A stretch of 64,000 bases of DNA from an uncultured delta proteobacterium (GTDB lineage: Bacteria > Desulfobacterota > Syntrophobacteria > BM002). This document shows positions 50,805-64,000 of the stretch, one piece after another (within the stretch, counting starts at the first letter, position 1; each line of letters starts with the position of its first letter). The position numbers and the translations under genes are program-made. Under the pieces are notes generated by a model. It did not search any database and had not been told where the DNA came from. It worked only from the letters and a program-made list of their open reading frames with translations. The DNA lies in contig CAVQGX010000020.1 in assembly GCA_963712115.1 (NCBI GenBank), positions 1 through 64,000 of the forward strand. Reading direction: 5' to 3'.

Positions 50805-51923
50805 ATGGAACTAACCATTCAAAGAGACGATCTTCTCAGAGGATTACAAAAATCCCAAAGTGTTGCAGAAAGACGCAGTTCGATGCCTGTCCTTTCCAAC
50901 GTCCTTCTGGAAGCAAAGGATCAACAGCTACACCTGACCGCAACGAATCTAGAAGTCAGCTTCACTGGAAGCCATCAAGCTGACATCGTCAAAGAAGGAG
51001 CAGTAACCATCCAGGCGCGGAAGTTTTATGAGATCGTCAAGGAGCTTCCCTTTCCGGAAGTACGTATAACTGAGAAAGAGAACCAATGGGTAAATATCTC
51101 CAGTGGTGCTACGGAGTACAACTTGGTGGGACTGCCAGCAGATGATTTTCCTCAGATCGCCCAATATGAAGAAGATATAGCTTGGGTGGAAATGGAAGCG
51201 GTAATACTTAAAGAAATGATAGACAAAACAATCTTTGCCGTCTCCACTGAAGAGACGCGCTACAATCTTTCTGGGATTTATTTCGAAAAATTGGAGACTG
51301 AGGATCCAGTTGGCCTGAAATTGGTTGCAACCGACGGTCACCGCCTTTCTCTTATTGAAAAACCATTGCCAGAAGTGGCTAAATTCGGATTCGAAAAAGG
51401 AATCATCATTCCCAGAAAAGGTATGCAAGAACTAAGTCGGCTATTGGAAGAAGGCGAGCGAGTTGAGGTGGCTTTCCATGAAAATACTGCCATTTTTAGA
51501 ATAGGGGAATCCACCCTGATCATGAGACTCATCGATGGTGATTTCCCCGATTACAACACGGTAATCCCTAAAGATTGCAAACGGGTATTGGAGGTTGATC
51601 GATCGAGATTCATGGAAATGCTGAGGCGCATGTCCATAATCTCTACAGATCGCTACAGGGGTATAAGGTGTAAAATCCGACCGGAAAATATGGAAATTAT
51701 TTCAAACAACCCCGAGATCGGCGATGCCAGGGAAGAGATTCCTGTGACCTACGAGGGTGAGGAGATGACCATAGCGTTTAATCCCCGCTATTTCATGGAG
51801 ACCCTGGCAGTAATGAAAAGCAAAGTCATATCTGCTAAAATGATCGACGAATCCAGCGCTTGCATAATCTCAGGTGAAGAAGACGAGGGATTCTTTTCAG
51901 TAGTTATGCCCATGCGGTTGTGA
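50805..51923 (+). CDS. dnaN: DNA polymerase III beta clamp
   Basis: ATDGHRL, GDFPDY, VVMPMRL. Confidence 0.97.
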   Translation: MELTIQRDDLLRGLQKSQSVAERRSSMPVLSNVLLEAKDQQLHLTATNLEVSFTGSHQADIVKEGAVTIQARKFYEIVKELPFPEVRITEKENQWVNISSGATEYNLVGLPADDFPQIAQYEEDIAWVEMEAVILKEMIDKTIFAVSTEETRYNLSGIYFEKLETEDPVGLKLVATDGHRLSLIEKPLPEVAKFGFEKGIIIPRKGMQELSRLLEEGERVEVAFHENTAIFRIGESTLIMRLIDGDFPDYNTVIPKDCKRVLEVDRSRFMEMLRRMSIISTDRYRGIRCKIRPENMEIISNNPEIGDAREEIPVTYEGEEMTIAFNPRYFMETLAVMKSKVISAKMIDESSACIISGEEDEGFFSVVMPMRL

Positions 51924-52161
51924 GTACAGCCAGGAATTTAGCTCTGGCCACTATCACCTCAACCTCGCTTTGATGGAGCAGTGCCGCTTCAGCTAAATCC
52001 CCAAGATGTTTCACAAACAATTAGGAATCAGGTCGGGTGGTTGACCGGGATAAAAACCGCTTGTACCATAAAAGAGAAAAAGCTCTTTACTAGGATAATG
52101 TATAAAAAAATCCTAGGTTTATGAATAATAAAGGGGTACAATTAAAAGTTGATTTAATTAA

Positions 52162-54603
<2,442 letters not shown>

Positions 54604-54842
54604 GATGACTAGGTTGCAGGATGCTGGGGCAGTGATCCAGAAAAATAATCGGATCTAAAACCCTTTATCCTGCTTTTTTATGTTTGTAGTCAGTAGTCCG
54701 TGGTCAAAGACGCTCAGCGCATCAGCGCAAGAGCATAGCGGAAGGGCGAACGAACGAGACGCTCTTACTCTATGCTCCATGCGCCCATGCATGCCTTTGG
54801 CAACAGCCACCACGGACGGATAACAAGTAATATAACCCAATT

Positions 54843-57290
54843 TTGTCGGAAAAAGTCATGAACCAAGAAGAGCGTAGTGAAAGCATCAGAATCGAAGACG
54901 AAATAAAGCATTCCTATTTAGACTACGCCATGAGCGTCATTATAGGTCGGGCCCTTCCTGATGTGCGCGATGGCCTCAAACCCGTGCACCGACGGATACT
55001 CTATGCCATGCGCGAACTGGGCACCGATTGGAATAAACCTTACAAGAAATCAGCCCGCATCGTGGGCGACGTCATAGGTAAATATCATCCCCACGGTGAC
55101 GCCGCCGTGTACGATGCTCTTGTGCGCATGGCGCAGGCTTTCTCCATGCGTTACACCTTGGTTGATGGTCAAGGCAATTTTGGCTCGGTGGACGGGGATC
55201 CACCGGCAGCCATGCGATACACCGAAGTACGTCAGAATAAGCTGGCCCATGAGTTTCTCACTGATCTAGACAAAGAAACAGCCGACTTTACGCCCAATTA
55301 CGACTCCTCCCTTGAGGAGCCATCGGTACTCCCTACGCTGGTACCCAATCTGCTGATCAACGGGTCGTCTGGCATTGCGGTAGGCATGGCCTGCAATATT
55401 CCGCCTCACAATTTGTCCGAGGTAATCGACGGGCTCATCGCCGTGATTGATGATCCCCAGACAGACCTCCAAAGGTTACTCTCTATTATTCCCGGGCCAG
55501 ATTTTCCCACTGCCGGTCTGATCTACGGTAGCGCAGGTATCAGAGAGGCTTACGCTACCGGCAAGGGTCTGATTAAGGTTAGGGCGCGGGTGGAATTAGA
55601 AGATGTCAATGGGGACCAACAGCGTATTGTCATCACTGAACTCCCATTTCAGGTAAATAAAGCACGACTGCTTGAGAGAATTGCCGAACTGGTCAAACAA
55701 AAACGGCTTGAAGGAATAAGGGACATCCGCGATGAGTCTGACCGAGAGGGAATGCGGGTTGCCATTGATCTCAAACGGGATGAGCATGCTGAAGTTATTC
55801 TGAACAATCTATACAAGCTTACCAATATGGAGGTCACTTTTGGCATCAACATGCTGGCCATAGTGCACAACAGGCCGGAACTGCTATCTCTTAAGGAGAT
55901 ACTTGAACACTTTCTCGCACATCGCCGCACTGTGGTACTGCGACGGACAGCATTTCAATTGCGGCGGGCCGAGGAACGTGGACATATACTGGAAGGCTTG
56001 AAAATAGCCCTGGAAAACTTGGATGCCATCATCGAGCTGATTAAAAGCTCCCCTAACCCCAAGGAGGCCAGGGCGCAATTGATGGAGCAATACGGACTTT
56101 CTGAAAAACAAGCGCAGGCTATTTTGGACATGCGGTTGCAGAGACTTACTGGCCTCGAGCGGCAAAAAATAATGGAGGAGTACCGTGATATTCTTGAAGA
56201 GGTAGCTCGCCTGCGCAAGATACTGGAAGATGAGACCCTGTTGATGTCCCTGGTGCGGCAAGAGCTCTTGCAGCTCAAAGAGGACTACGGTGACGGCCGA
56301 CGGACCGAGATTGTTCAAGACGTTCAGGAACTGGACCTAATAGATTACATCACCGAGGAGGACATGGTGGTCACCGTATCCCACGCCGGCTACATCAAGA
56401 GAAGTCCAGTTCATCTTTACCGGAGCCAGAGAAGGGGTGGCAAGGGACGAACGGGTACGAGGCCGCGCCAGGAAGATTTTGTCGAGCTACTTTTTGTGGC
56501 CTCCACCCACGATTCCCTTTTATTTTTTACTAATCTAGGCCTTATTCACTGGTTGAAGGTGTACCAGTTACCCGAGGCAAGTCCGCTAGCGCGGGGCAAA
56601 GCAATCGTCAACTTACTCCAACTACAGGAATCTGAAAGGGTGGCAACCATACTCCCGGTGCGGGAGTTTGAGACCAACATGTACGTGGTAATGGCCACCA
56701 GAAAGGGAGTGGTGAAGAAGACCGATCTCATGGCCTATGGCAAGCCACGAGCCGGTGGTATCATTGCCCTGAAAATTGACGAAGATGACGAGCTAATTTG
56801 TGCTCGGATCACCGACGGGAGACAACAGCTTTTTTTTAGCACTCGGGCAGGCAAATCCCTTCGTGTGCGGGAAGATGATATTCGGCCCATGGGTCGTGTG
56901 GCCCGGGGGGTTAAGGGTATGACTGTGGACGGCAGCTCCCTGGTTGGGATGGAGGTCATAAGCGAGGAGGCCACCATCTTGACGGTGAGTGAAAATGGTT
57001 TCGGCAAGCGGACTGCAACCAGAGAATTCCCCCTGAGACGGAGGGGAGGAAAAGGTGTTCTGAGCATGAGAACTACCGAAAGAAACGGGCCGGTTGTAGG
57101 CTTTCGTCAGGTAGGTGAAAATGATGAGATCATGCTCATCACTGATCGCGGTCGTATCATTCGCATGATGGTAAGCGAGATTTCTGTAATTGGCAGAATC
57201 ACCCAGGGCGTTCGCCTCATTGACATTGAACCCGGCGAACGGGTTGTTGATCTGGCCAGCCTGGCGGAAACTGAGGAAGAGGAGGAGTAG
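54843..57290 (+). CDS. gyrA: DNA gyrase subunit A (start may be ATG 54858)
   Basis: [21 protein letters not shown], GyrA-box QRRGGKG. Confidence 0.98.
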   Translation: MSEKVMNQEERSESIRIEDEIKHSYLDYAMSVIIGRALPDVRDGLKPVHRRILYAMRELGTDWNKPYKKSARIVGDVIGKYHPHGDAAVYDALVRMAQAFSMRYTLVDGQGNFGSVDGDPPAAMRYTEVRQNKLAHEFLTDLDKETADFTPNYDSSLEEPSVLPTLVPNLLINGSSGIAVGMACNIPPHNLSEVIDGLIAVIDDPQTDLQRLLSIIPGPDFPTAGLIYGSAGIREAYATGKGLIKVRARVELEDVNGDQQRIVITELPFQVNKARLLERIAELVKQKRLEGIRDIRDESDREGMRVAIDLKRDEHAEVILNNLYKLTNMEVTFGINMLAIVHNRPELLSLKEILEHFLAHRRTVVLRRTAFQLRRAEERGHILEGLKIALENLDAIIELIKSSPNPKEARAQLMEQYGLSEKQAQAILDMRLQRLTGLERQKIMEEYRDILEEVARLRKILEDETLLMSLVRQELLQLKEDYGDGRRTEIVQDVQELDLIDYITEEDMVVTVSHAGYIKRSPVHLYRSQRRGGKGRTGTRPRQEDFVELLFVASTHDSLLFFTNLGLIHWLKVYQLPEASPLARGKAIVNLLQLQESERVATILPVREFETNMYVVMATRKGVVKKTDLMAYGKPRAGGIIALKIDEDDELICARITDGRQQLFFSTRAGKSLRVREDDIRPMGRVARGVKGMTVDGSSLVGMEVISEEATILTVSENGFGKRTATREFPLRRRGGKGVLSMRTTERNGPVVGFRQVGENDEIMLITDRGRIIRMMVSEISVIGRITQGVRLIDIEPGERVVDLASLAETEEEEE

Positions 57291-57543
57291 TGATCAGCAG
57301 GCAGCTTACAGCTCGCAGCATACACCAGCTGCGCTGGGTCACTACGCTCCGCTGTCATTCATAGTCATTGGGTCATTATGTCGTAAGAGGACTGGGTCAC
57401 CGGCTAATAGCTTCTCTGTAATCGGTGATCATTATTGTTTAAACCTAGTGGCAGCGTAGCATAATGACGGCGAAGCCAGATGACGCGAAGCAAATGACCT
57501 GGTGGTTGCCCGCTGCTTATTCATTAGGTGGTGGAGAGATATA

Positions 57544-58590
57544 ATGGACAAGGGAAATAGGAAGGAGGGACTATCAGAGGCTGTAGCTGTGGTGGGCGGC
57601 GGGAGTTGGGGAACTGCTCTGGCAAACTTATTGGCCGAAAAGTCCATTCCCGTCTCCCTTTGGGTTTTTGAGGAAGATCTCTGCGAAGAGATGCAGAAGA
57701 CCAAGGAAAATACCCTCTACCTGCCAGGTGTTCAGCTCTCCCCCCTTTTGCATCCAGACAACAATTTAGAAGCGGTGTTAGCTGGCAAGCGAATCATATT
57801 GATGGCAGTCCCATCACACGTGTACCGCCATGTTGCCATGCGAATGCTGGAATTTCTAGAAGGGCCAGTTGTTGTTGTGAGCGCCACCAAAGGCATTGAA
57901 AATGAATCTCTGCAAACCATGTCGGGAATTTGGCGCCAGATAATGCCCGGAAGCATCGATTGGGAGTACGCTGTACTCTCAGGCCCCAGCTTTGCCCGTG
58001 AAGTGGTGAAGAAGGCTCCCACTGCAGTTACGGTTGCCTCTGCTTCCAAAGAAGTAGCCGAGGAGATCCAACAACTCTTTTCTACGGATTACTTCCGAGT
58101 TTACACCAGCACAGACGTGATCGGGGTGGAGTTAGGAGGTGCGCTCAAGAACATTATAGCCTTGGCTGCCGGCATCGTTGATGGCCTTGGCCTGGGTTAC
58201 AATACCCGGGCAGCGCTGATGACCAGAGGTCTGGCCGAAATGAGCCGGTTGGGAACGAGCATGGGGGCCGACCCTCTTACCTTTCTGGGACTGGCAGGGG
58301 TGGGTGACTTGGTCCTTACCTGTACCGGTGACTTGAGCCGAAACCGCACAGTAGGATATAAACTTGGACAGGGCAAAAAATTGGCAGAGATACTAGCCGA
58401 GATGAGGATGGTAGCCGAAGGGGTCAAAACCACTCGCTCAGTTCACCACTTGGCCCAGCAAAAAGAGATTGACATGCCCATCTGCGAACAGATGTATCGC
58501 ATCCTTTATGAAGATTTACCCACGGAGAATGCGCTGGCCGCGTTGATGGGGCGGGAGTTAAAGCACGAAGTTGACACTTTCTTTGGCTAA
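57544..58590 (+). CDS. gpsA: NAD(P)H-dependent glycerol-3-phosphate dehydrogenase
   Basis: GGGSWGTALA, SGPSFA, GGALKN, GDLVLTC..SRN. Confidence 0.95.
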   Translation: MDKGNRKEGLSEAVAVVGGGSWGTALANLLAEKSIPVSLWVFEEDLCEEMQKTKENTLYLPGVQLSPLLHPDNNLEAVLAGKRIILMAVPSHVYRHVAMRMLEFLEGPVVVVSATKGIENESLQTMSGIWRQIMPGSIDWEYAVLSGPSFAREVVKKAPTAVTVASASKEVAEEIQQLFSTDYFRVYTSTDVIGVELGGALKNIIALAAGIVDGLGLGYNTRAALMTRGLAEMSRLGTSMGADPLTFLGLAGVGDLVLTCTGDLSRNRTVGYKLGQGKKLAEILAEMRMVAEGVKTTRSVHHLAQQKEIDMPICEQMYRILYEDLPTENALAALMGRELKHEVDTFFG

Positions 58591-58892
58591 GGAAAATAAA
58601 CTAGGCACTAAGCACTATGCAGTAGGCACTTTGGTAATTGCCGATTGAGTATTTCGGATTGGGGATGTGAAAAGGCATCTAGCATAGAGTAAGGAGCCAG
58701 GAGTCAGAATACAGAATACAGAATTCAGAAGGATAACCAATGGGTTGCGGAAATTTTGGGTGAAATGTAACCAAGAAGAATACCCTGCAGTTCTATTATT
58801 CTCTCCATCATTCCAATATTCCACTGTTCCAATATTCCATCACTCTCTGCCGAATACTTTTTTGTGGTGCCTAGTGCCTAGTTGTTTACGCA

Positions 58893-59408
58893 TTAGTAAA
58901 TACTCACGCCTTCGTGCCTAAGCAAGGCCTCTTTTAAGCTGAGGCCACTGCCAAACCCCCCGAGTCCCCCGTTGGCTGCTACAACCCGATGGCAGGGAAC
59001 GAAGAGAACAACGGGATTACTACCACAAGCCTGGCCTACAGCCCTGGCACCCCGTGGTCGCCCAATCTGGGCGGCAATGTCCCCGTAAGTTGTAACTCTT
59101 CCCGCAGGGATTCGTCTCAGTGTTGACCAGACCTGCATTTGGAACTGGCTACCCTGGAGATCAAGTGGGTGGTTTAAATTTTCCGGTTCACCAGCGAAGT
59201 AACGGTTCAAACAATCAACGGCTGAGGCCAAAGGCTGCGGGTCTTCTTTAATCAGAGCATGATGATTCAGTTGCTGCAAGCGTGAGACCAAATTGGCAAT
59301 GTCTTTGCCGTTAATAAACTCACAGGAGCACACACTTTCTTCAGTGCCCGCCAGAAACAGAGGGCTCCAGGGGGAAGCAAGCTTGGTATAATAGATTGAC
59401 TTTCGCAT
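58893..59408 (-). CDS. ogt: Methylated-DNA--protein-cysteine methyltransferase
   Basis: RAVGQAC..NP..VPCHRV. Confidence 0.93.
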   Translation of the reverse strand: MRKSIYYTKLASPWSPLFLAGTEESVCSCEFINGKDIANLVSRLQQLNHHALIKEDPQPLASAVDCLNRYFAGEPENLNHPLDLQGSQFQMQVWSTLRRIPAGRVTTYGDIAAQIGRPRGARAVGQACGSNPVVLFVPCHRVVAANGGLGGFGSGLSLKEALLRHEGVSIY

Positions 59409-59727
59409 ATGGTTTCCCTTTCTGAGGTTTTCAATTAATCCTTAACAGCTGACGCGGCGACACGGAGATAGGGTGACACGGCGAAATCCCTGCTCTCCGC
59501 GTCGTTGGACAAGTGATCCCAATGGTCACGTGCCCAAAATGAAGTCCACATATCAGATAACCAATTACAGTTCAGAGCCAGAAGAGACAGTCAACTTGAC
59601 GGTCGCCAACATGTTTTGACAAGATTGCTCTTAGCAAGTATTTATAATCTTGTCTACAGAGATTTAGAGAGCAGAAATAAGCAAGGCAATCATTTAATCA
59701 TTTATCTAGACGGATAAGGGCAGCTGT

Positions 59728-59841
59728 ATGACTATCTTACAGCTCAAGCCGGACTATGTAAAGGTTCGCGATAATTCGCACCTTGCTTTGCAGAAAACGG
59801 GAAAAACCAATAAACCAGCAACCACTGGAGCAAGACCATAG
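59728..59841 (+). pseudogene. 37-codon TPR C-terminal remnant
   Basis: MTILQLKPDYVKVRDNSHLALQKTGK resembles the adjacent gene's xRLKPDYxEAHNNLGxAL repeats. Confidence 0.45.
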
Positions 59842-59861
59842 AACCGCAGTCCAGTAAGATC

Positions 59862-62360
59862 ATGAGTGGTAAACTTCTCATAGGGTTGTTGCTGATCGTG
59901 GCCACCCTTGGGGCATTCTGGCAGGTGCGCAGTCATGATTTCCTCAACTATGATGACGATATATATGTCACCGAAAATCCTCAGGTGCAAAAAGGATTCA
60001 CCCGAGAAAGTGTGATCTGGGCTTTCACCTCTGGTTATGCCAGCAACTGGCACCCTCTAACCTGGCTGTCACACATGCTGGACTGCCAGCTCTTTGGGCT
60101 AAACCCCGGGGGTCATCATCTCACCAACCTGATGCTTCACCTTGCAAACACCTTGTTGCTCTTTCTCCTGCTTAACCGCATGACCTCCGCCCTCTACCGC
60201 AGCGCTCTTGTTGCCGCCCTTTTTGCTCTCCATCCCCTCCATGTAGAGTCTGTTGCCTGGGTGGCGGAGCGCAAGGATGTCCTGAGCACACTTTTCTGGA
60301 TGTTGACCATGTGGACATACCTTCTTTATGTCGAGCATCCAAGGCTCGGGAGATACCTGTTGACCCTTGTTGTCTTTACCCTCGGCCTCATGACCAAACC
60401 CATGCTGGTGACTCTGCCCGGTGTACTCCTTCTGCTAGACTACTGGCCTCTGGACCGCTTGGCCATGAGAAAATCTAAAGATTCAATCAACTCCGGTGCC
60501 CAAAAAAGGTTAAGCTCCAGCCCACAAAGAGCTTTCCTTCTCCGACTATTTTGGGAAAAAGTTCCATTCTTTGCTTTTGCGGCAGTCTCGAGTGCCGTGA
60601 CCTTCCTGGTGCAACAGAGCAGTGGAGCGGTAAAATCTGTTGAGGTTTTTCCGCTGAGCATTCGCATCGCCAACGGGCTGGTTTCCTATGTCAGCTACAT
60701 GGGCAAGATGATCTGGCCTCAGCATCTGGCAGTCTTCTACCCCCACCCGGGCAGCAGCTTGCCAATGTGGCTGGCGGGTGCAGCGGGCTTGCTCCTGCTT
60801 GGCATATCCGTTGCGGTCATTCGGGCAGGGCGACGCCATCCCTATTTGGCTGTGGGATGGCTGTGGTACCTCGGTACCCTGGTGCCGGTCATAGGCTTGG
60901 TACAGGTGGGTTTGCAGGCCATGGCCGACCGCTACACTTATGTTCCCCTTATCGGCCTGTTTATCATGATTGCCTGGGGTATTCCCGAACTCACTAGTGG
61001 CTGGCGCTATGGAAGGGTTGTGCTCAGAATGGTAGCAGTTTCGCTGCTTGCAGCCTTGATGGTATGCACCTGGATGCAACTCCGACATTGGAGAAACAAT
61101 ATGACCCTCTTTGAGCATGCACTCTATACCACTGACAACAACTACCTCGCCCACGACAGTCTAGGAAATACTTTGGCCCAACAGGGTAAAATAGAGGAAG
61201 CAATCGGTCATTATTCCGCCGCCCTCCGCATCAAACCCGACTTTGTGAACAGCCACAACAACCTTGGAGTTGCTCTGCTCCAACGGGGAGACGTTGAGCA
61301 GGCCATCACCCATTTCTCTGCTGCTCTGCGGTATCAGTCCCATTCCCCGGAGGCCTATAATAACCTGGGTCTTGCTCTGGCAAGACAGGGGTATGTTGAT
61401 AGAGCCATTGACTACTACTTTACAGCGGTCCGACTCAAACCGGACTATCCGGAGGCACACAACAACTTGGGAAATGCTTTGGCGAGCCAGGGTATGTTTG
61501 AGCAGGCCATTAGTCATTACTCGGAGGCCCTGCGGCTCAAACCAGAAGATGCAGAGGCTCATAGCAACTTGGCAAATGTGTTGGCTAGAAAAGCAAGATT
61601 CAAAGAAGCGATAGACCATTACTCACAAGCCCTGCAGATCAAACCTGACAATTTTGAGGCTCATTACAATCTTGGAGTTATACTAGCGGATCAAGGGAAG
61701 TTTGATGAGGCCATCGATCATTATTCACAAGCCCTGCGGCTCAAACCAGAAGATGCAGAGGCTCATTATAACCTGGGCAATGCCTTAGCCAGCCAGGGAA
61801 AGTTCAAGGAGGCGATCGGTCATTATTCGGAGGCCCTGCGGCTTAAGCCCAACTATGCACAGGCTCATAATAATCTGGCAGTAGCTCTGGAGAAACAAGG
61901 GAAACTGGGGGAGGCCATTGACCATTATTACCAGGCACTAAGGATTGAGCCGAACAGTTCGCTCACACATTTACAACTTGCCTCGGTTTGGGCGAGACAA
62001 GGGCAAGCCAAGCAGGCCATAGAGCATTATCAAGAGGCATTGAGGCTTGACCCTGATTCAACCATTGTGCTCAACAATCTGGCTTGGATCTTGGCGACGC
62101 ACGGGAGCTCCAATTTTCGGGATGGAGCCAGAGCAGTCCAGCTAGCAGAAAAAGCCTGCGCACTTTCCGGTTATAAAAATGCAGTTTTTTTGGACACCCT
62201 AGCAGCGGCCTATGCAGAAGCAGGACTGTTCAATGAGGCCTTACAAACTGCTCAAAAAGCTGTGGAACTGGCACTGGCCATGGAGCGTGTAGAACTAGCG
62301 AAGGACATAGAGAAGCGGATGCAATTGTACAAGGCAGGCAAGCCTTTTTATCAAACTTGA
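59862..62360 (+). CDS. TMTC-like GT-C membrane glycosyltransferase with TPR array
   Basis: YDD, WHPLTW, HVESVAWVAERKD, ADRYTY; about eleven 34-aa TPRs. Confidence 0.88.
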   Translation: MSGKLLIGLLLIVATLGAFWQVRSHDFLNYDDDIYVTENPQVQKGFTRESVIWAFTSGYASNWHPLTWLSHMLDCQLFGLNPGGHHLTNLMLHLANTLLLFLLLNRMTSALYRSALVAALFALHPLHVESVAWVAERKDVLSTLFWMLTMWTYLLYVEHPRLGRYLLTLVVFTLGLMTKPMLVTLPGVLLLLDYWPLDRLAMRKSKDSINSGAQKRLSSSPQRAFLLRLFWEKVPFFAFAAVSSAVTFLVQQSSGAVKSVEVFPLSIRIANGLVSYVSYMGKMIWPQHLAVFYPHPGSSLPMWLAGAAGLLLLGISVAVIRAGRRHPYLAVGWLWYLGTLVPVIGLVQVGLQAMADRYTYVPLIGLFIMIAWGIPELTSGWRYGRVVLRMVAVSLLAALMVCTWMQLRHWRNNMTLFEHALYTTDNNYLAHDSLGNTLAQQGKIEEAIGHYSAALRIKPDFVNSHNNLGVALLQRGDVEQAITHFSAALRYQSHSPEAYNNLGLALARQGYVDRAIDYYFTAVRLKPDYPEAHNNLGNALASQGMFEQAISHYSEALRLKPEDAEAHSNLANVLARKARFKEAIDHYSQALQIKPDNFEAHYNLGVILADQGKFDEAIDHYSQALRLKPEDAEAHYNLGNALASQGKFKEAIGHYSEALRLKPNYAQAHNNLAVALEKQGKLGEAIDHYYQALRIEPNSSLTHLQLASVWARQGQAKQAIEHYQEALRLDPDSTIVLNNLAWILATHGSSNFRDGARAVQLAEKACALSGYKNAVFLDTLAAAYAEAGLFNEALQTAQKAVELALAMERVELAKDIEKRMQLYKAGKPFYQT

Positions 62361-62389
62361 GTCAGAGTGTATTTAATAAAGAGCAGGCA

Positions 62390-63049
62390 CTATTTGTCCA
62401 GGATAAAATCAGTAATATAGGGATTCGTCTCCTTCTCCCGTCCCAGAGTTGAGGTGGGTTGATCACCGTAATCGTGTCCTGGCCAGATTACGGTTTCTTC
62501 GGGTAGGGGGAGCAGTTTTTCTTCGATGGATTTGAGCAGAGTTTCCATGGAGCCGCCCGGCAAATCGGTGCGGCCCACGGCTCCAACAAAAAGAGTATCA
62601 CCGGTGAAAAGGTTCTTTTCTGCCAGCAGGCACACAGCTCCTGGCGTGTGACCCGGTGTGTGAATAAACTCCAGAGTCACGTTGCCGAGAGGGAGTCGAT
62701 ACCCGTCCGTTATCCTGATATCTACCGGTGGCGCGGGGTTGAGTCCGAATGCCTGGGCCCACAGTCGGGCCTCCTCGGTAGTAAAAAGATCGTCGTCCAG
62801 TTCATGCATCACTGTCTTGGCACCGGTGCGGCTAGCCAGCAACTGGTTTCCATAGGTGTGATCGGCATGGCCATGAGTGTTGATGATATATGCAAGGTGA
62901 AGATTTTTTTCCCTCACCAGGGCTATAATCCTTTCTATATCATCTTCACCACCGGCAGGATCAATTGCCGCTGCCTCTCGTGTTTCTTCACAAGCAATCA
63001 AGTAACAGAATACTTCCATGTCGCCTACGGTAATTTGTTCTATGATCAT
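62390..63049 (-). CDS. Metallo-beta-lactamase-fold hydrolase (glyoxalase II-like)
   Basis: THGHADH, TPGHTPG, GDTLF, PGH. Confidence 0.92.
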   Translation of the reverse strand: MIIEQITVGDMEVFCYLIACEETREAAAIDPAGGEDDIERIIALVREKNLHLAYIINTHGHADHTYGNQLLASRTGAKTVMHELDDDLFTTEEARLWAQAFGLNPAPPVDIRITDGYRLPLGNVTLEFIHTPGHTPGAVCLLAEKNLFTGDTLFVGAVGRTDLPGGSMETLLKSIEEKLLPLPEETVIWPGHDYGDQPTSTLGREKETNPYITDFILDK

Positions 63050-63082
63050 CGGACCCCCTTCACCTTTCGCCTTGCGTTTAAG

Positions 63083-63280
63083 TTAACCCTAATGTTGCAT
63101 ACCTATGTCGAGGAAAAACGCGCAAGAGTACGTCAGATGTGGCTGCGCGCAGGCTCGGACAGGTCGAGGCGTACTTGACCGTACGTGAAGTCCTGTCCGA
63201 GGCGAGTACAGCCGCAGATGGCGTGCTATCGAGCGAGCACAGCGGTTTTTAACGTTATAGGTATGCAACATTAGGGTTAA
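63083..63280. mobile_element. ~200-bp MITE-like element, second family
   Basis: Perfect TIR TTAACCCTAATGTTGCATACCTAT / ATAGGTATGCAACATTAGGGTTAA. Confidence 0.8.
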
Positions 63281-63313
63281 TTCTCATGGCTCAAAATTCT
63301 TCCATTCGAAAAA

Positions 63314-64000
63314 TCAATCCAGCACAACCTTGATTGGCAACTCGCCAGCACTCCTCAAGCAATCATGTATCCAAGCAAATTCCTCCCTGAAAAGTTGGTA
63401 ATCTGCGGGGTTGGCATAGCGCCCCGGTCCGCTACTTATTAGGGGTACAATGTCGGTTCGCCATTGGTATCCCAATTTCTCGAAGAGCTGTCTTAAGAAT
63501 TGATTAAGTCTACGGGAGGAGTTCGAGCTGCCTGAGTTCTCCAAAAACCAGCGACGGGGCGTAAAATGATCGAGATGATTCAGGGCAAAGGAAATAGCCT
63601 CGGGTAGCTCTTGGTCAGTTACCGCCATCCCTGTCTGGGGATTGAAAATGGACAGGTTTGTCCCGGCCATGGAAGACGAGACCACGCAGGGCAAATCAGA
63701 GCGAAAGTATTCATAAATGCTTCGGCAGCCGTTTTCATTTAGCGATAAGTGAACCCCCATTTTACAACGACTGAGCTTTGTCGGCACATTTTCCCTGAGT
63801 AGATTTGCCATGACGGTTACCCGACCTTGGAGCCCTGCCCGCTTAACCTGTTTTCTAAAATGTTCAACCTTTGCTTTTTGCCCTCTTCCCAAAAAGAGCG
63901 CTCGTACGTCTTCGAGCAGATGATGATTGAGCAACTCTAACATCAATCCATGTCTTTTGCGCTCCATTTCGTCGAAAGTGGCATTGAAAACTATGTCGAA
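63314..64000 (-). CDS. Probable GT-B glycosyltransferase, 5' end outside window
   Basis: Frame is open to the window edge; KRH and E-x7-E (ENGCRSIYE..LPCVV) resemble GT4 motifs. Confidence 0.55.
   Translation of the reverse strand, partial: FDIVFNATFDEMERKRHGLMLELLNHHLLEDVRALFLGRGQKAKVEHFRKQVKRAGLQGRVTVMANLLRENVPTKLSRCKMGVHLSLNENGCRSIYEYFRSDLPCVVSSSMAGTNLSIFNPQTGMAVTDQELPEAISFALNHLDHFTPRRWFLENSGSSNSSRRLNQFLRQLFEKLGYQWRTDIVPLISSGPGRYANPADYQLFREEFAWIHDCLRSAGELPIKVVLD

Noticed and set aside
52007-52019. TGTTTCACAAACA resembling parS
   Set aside because: Lacks the central GTG of the 16-bp palindrome; at best a relic

Overview
Chromosomal window from an anaerobic Desulfobacterota-like (deltaproteobacterial) genome, probably spanning or adjoining the replication origin (dnaA-dnaN-gyrB-gyrA at 49.4-57.3 kb; most genes to the left are on the minus strand). 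It holds tRNA-Arg(ACG), korDABC-surE, a split class I fumarase, frdCAB, DUF3786-cooC-folE2, purD-purE-tsaC, and a large C1/Wood-Ljungdahl methyl-branch cluster (fhs, folD, HdrL-type hdrA, mvhD, metV, metF, tmcCBA-like, cooC/acsF, IMPCH-only purH, HdrD-like). It ends with gpsA, ogt, a TMTC-like GT-C/TPR protein, an MBL hydrolase and a partial glycosyltransferase. Main unusual observations: (1) a 1200-aa MurJ-MurG-HEAT fusion followed by a divergent MraY outside any dcw cluster, then a HAMP adenylate cyclase, a LysM-deacetylase and a LysM/TPR lipoprotein, a candidate second lipid-II-like envelope pathway; (2) two in-frame UGA selenoproteins (MvhD, HdrD-like) missed by the ORF track; (3) a sigma54-driven, non-lipoylatable GcvH-like protein with twin Cys4 motifs next to archaemetzincin and a two-component system; (4) a DnaA with altered sensor I/II and initiator-specific motif; (5) a stand-alone DHp domain lacking the phospho-His; (6) MITE-like and nested palindromic elements. 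All assignments come from motif recognition by eye; no database searches were run.
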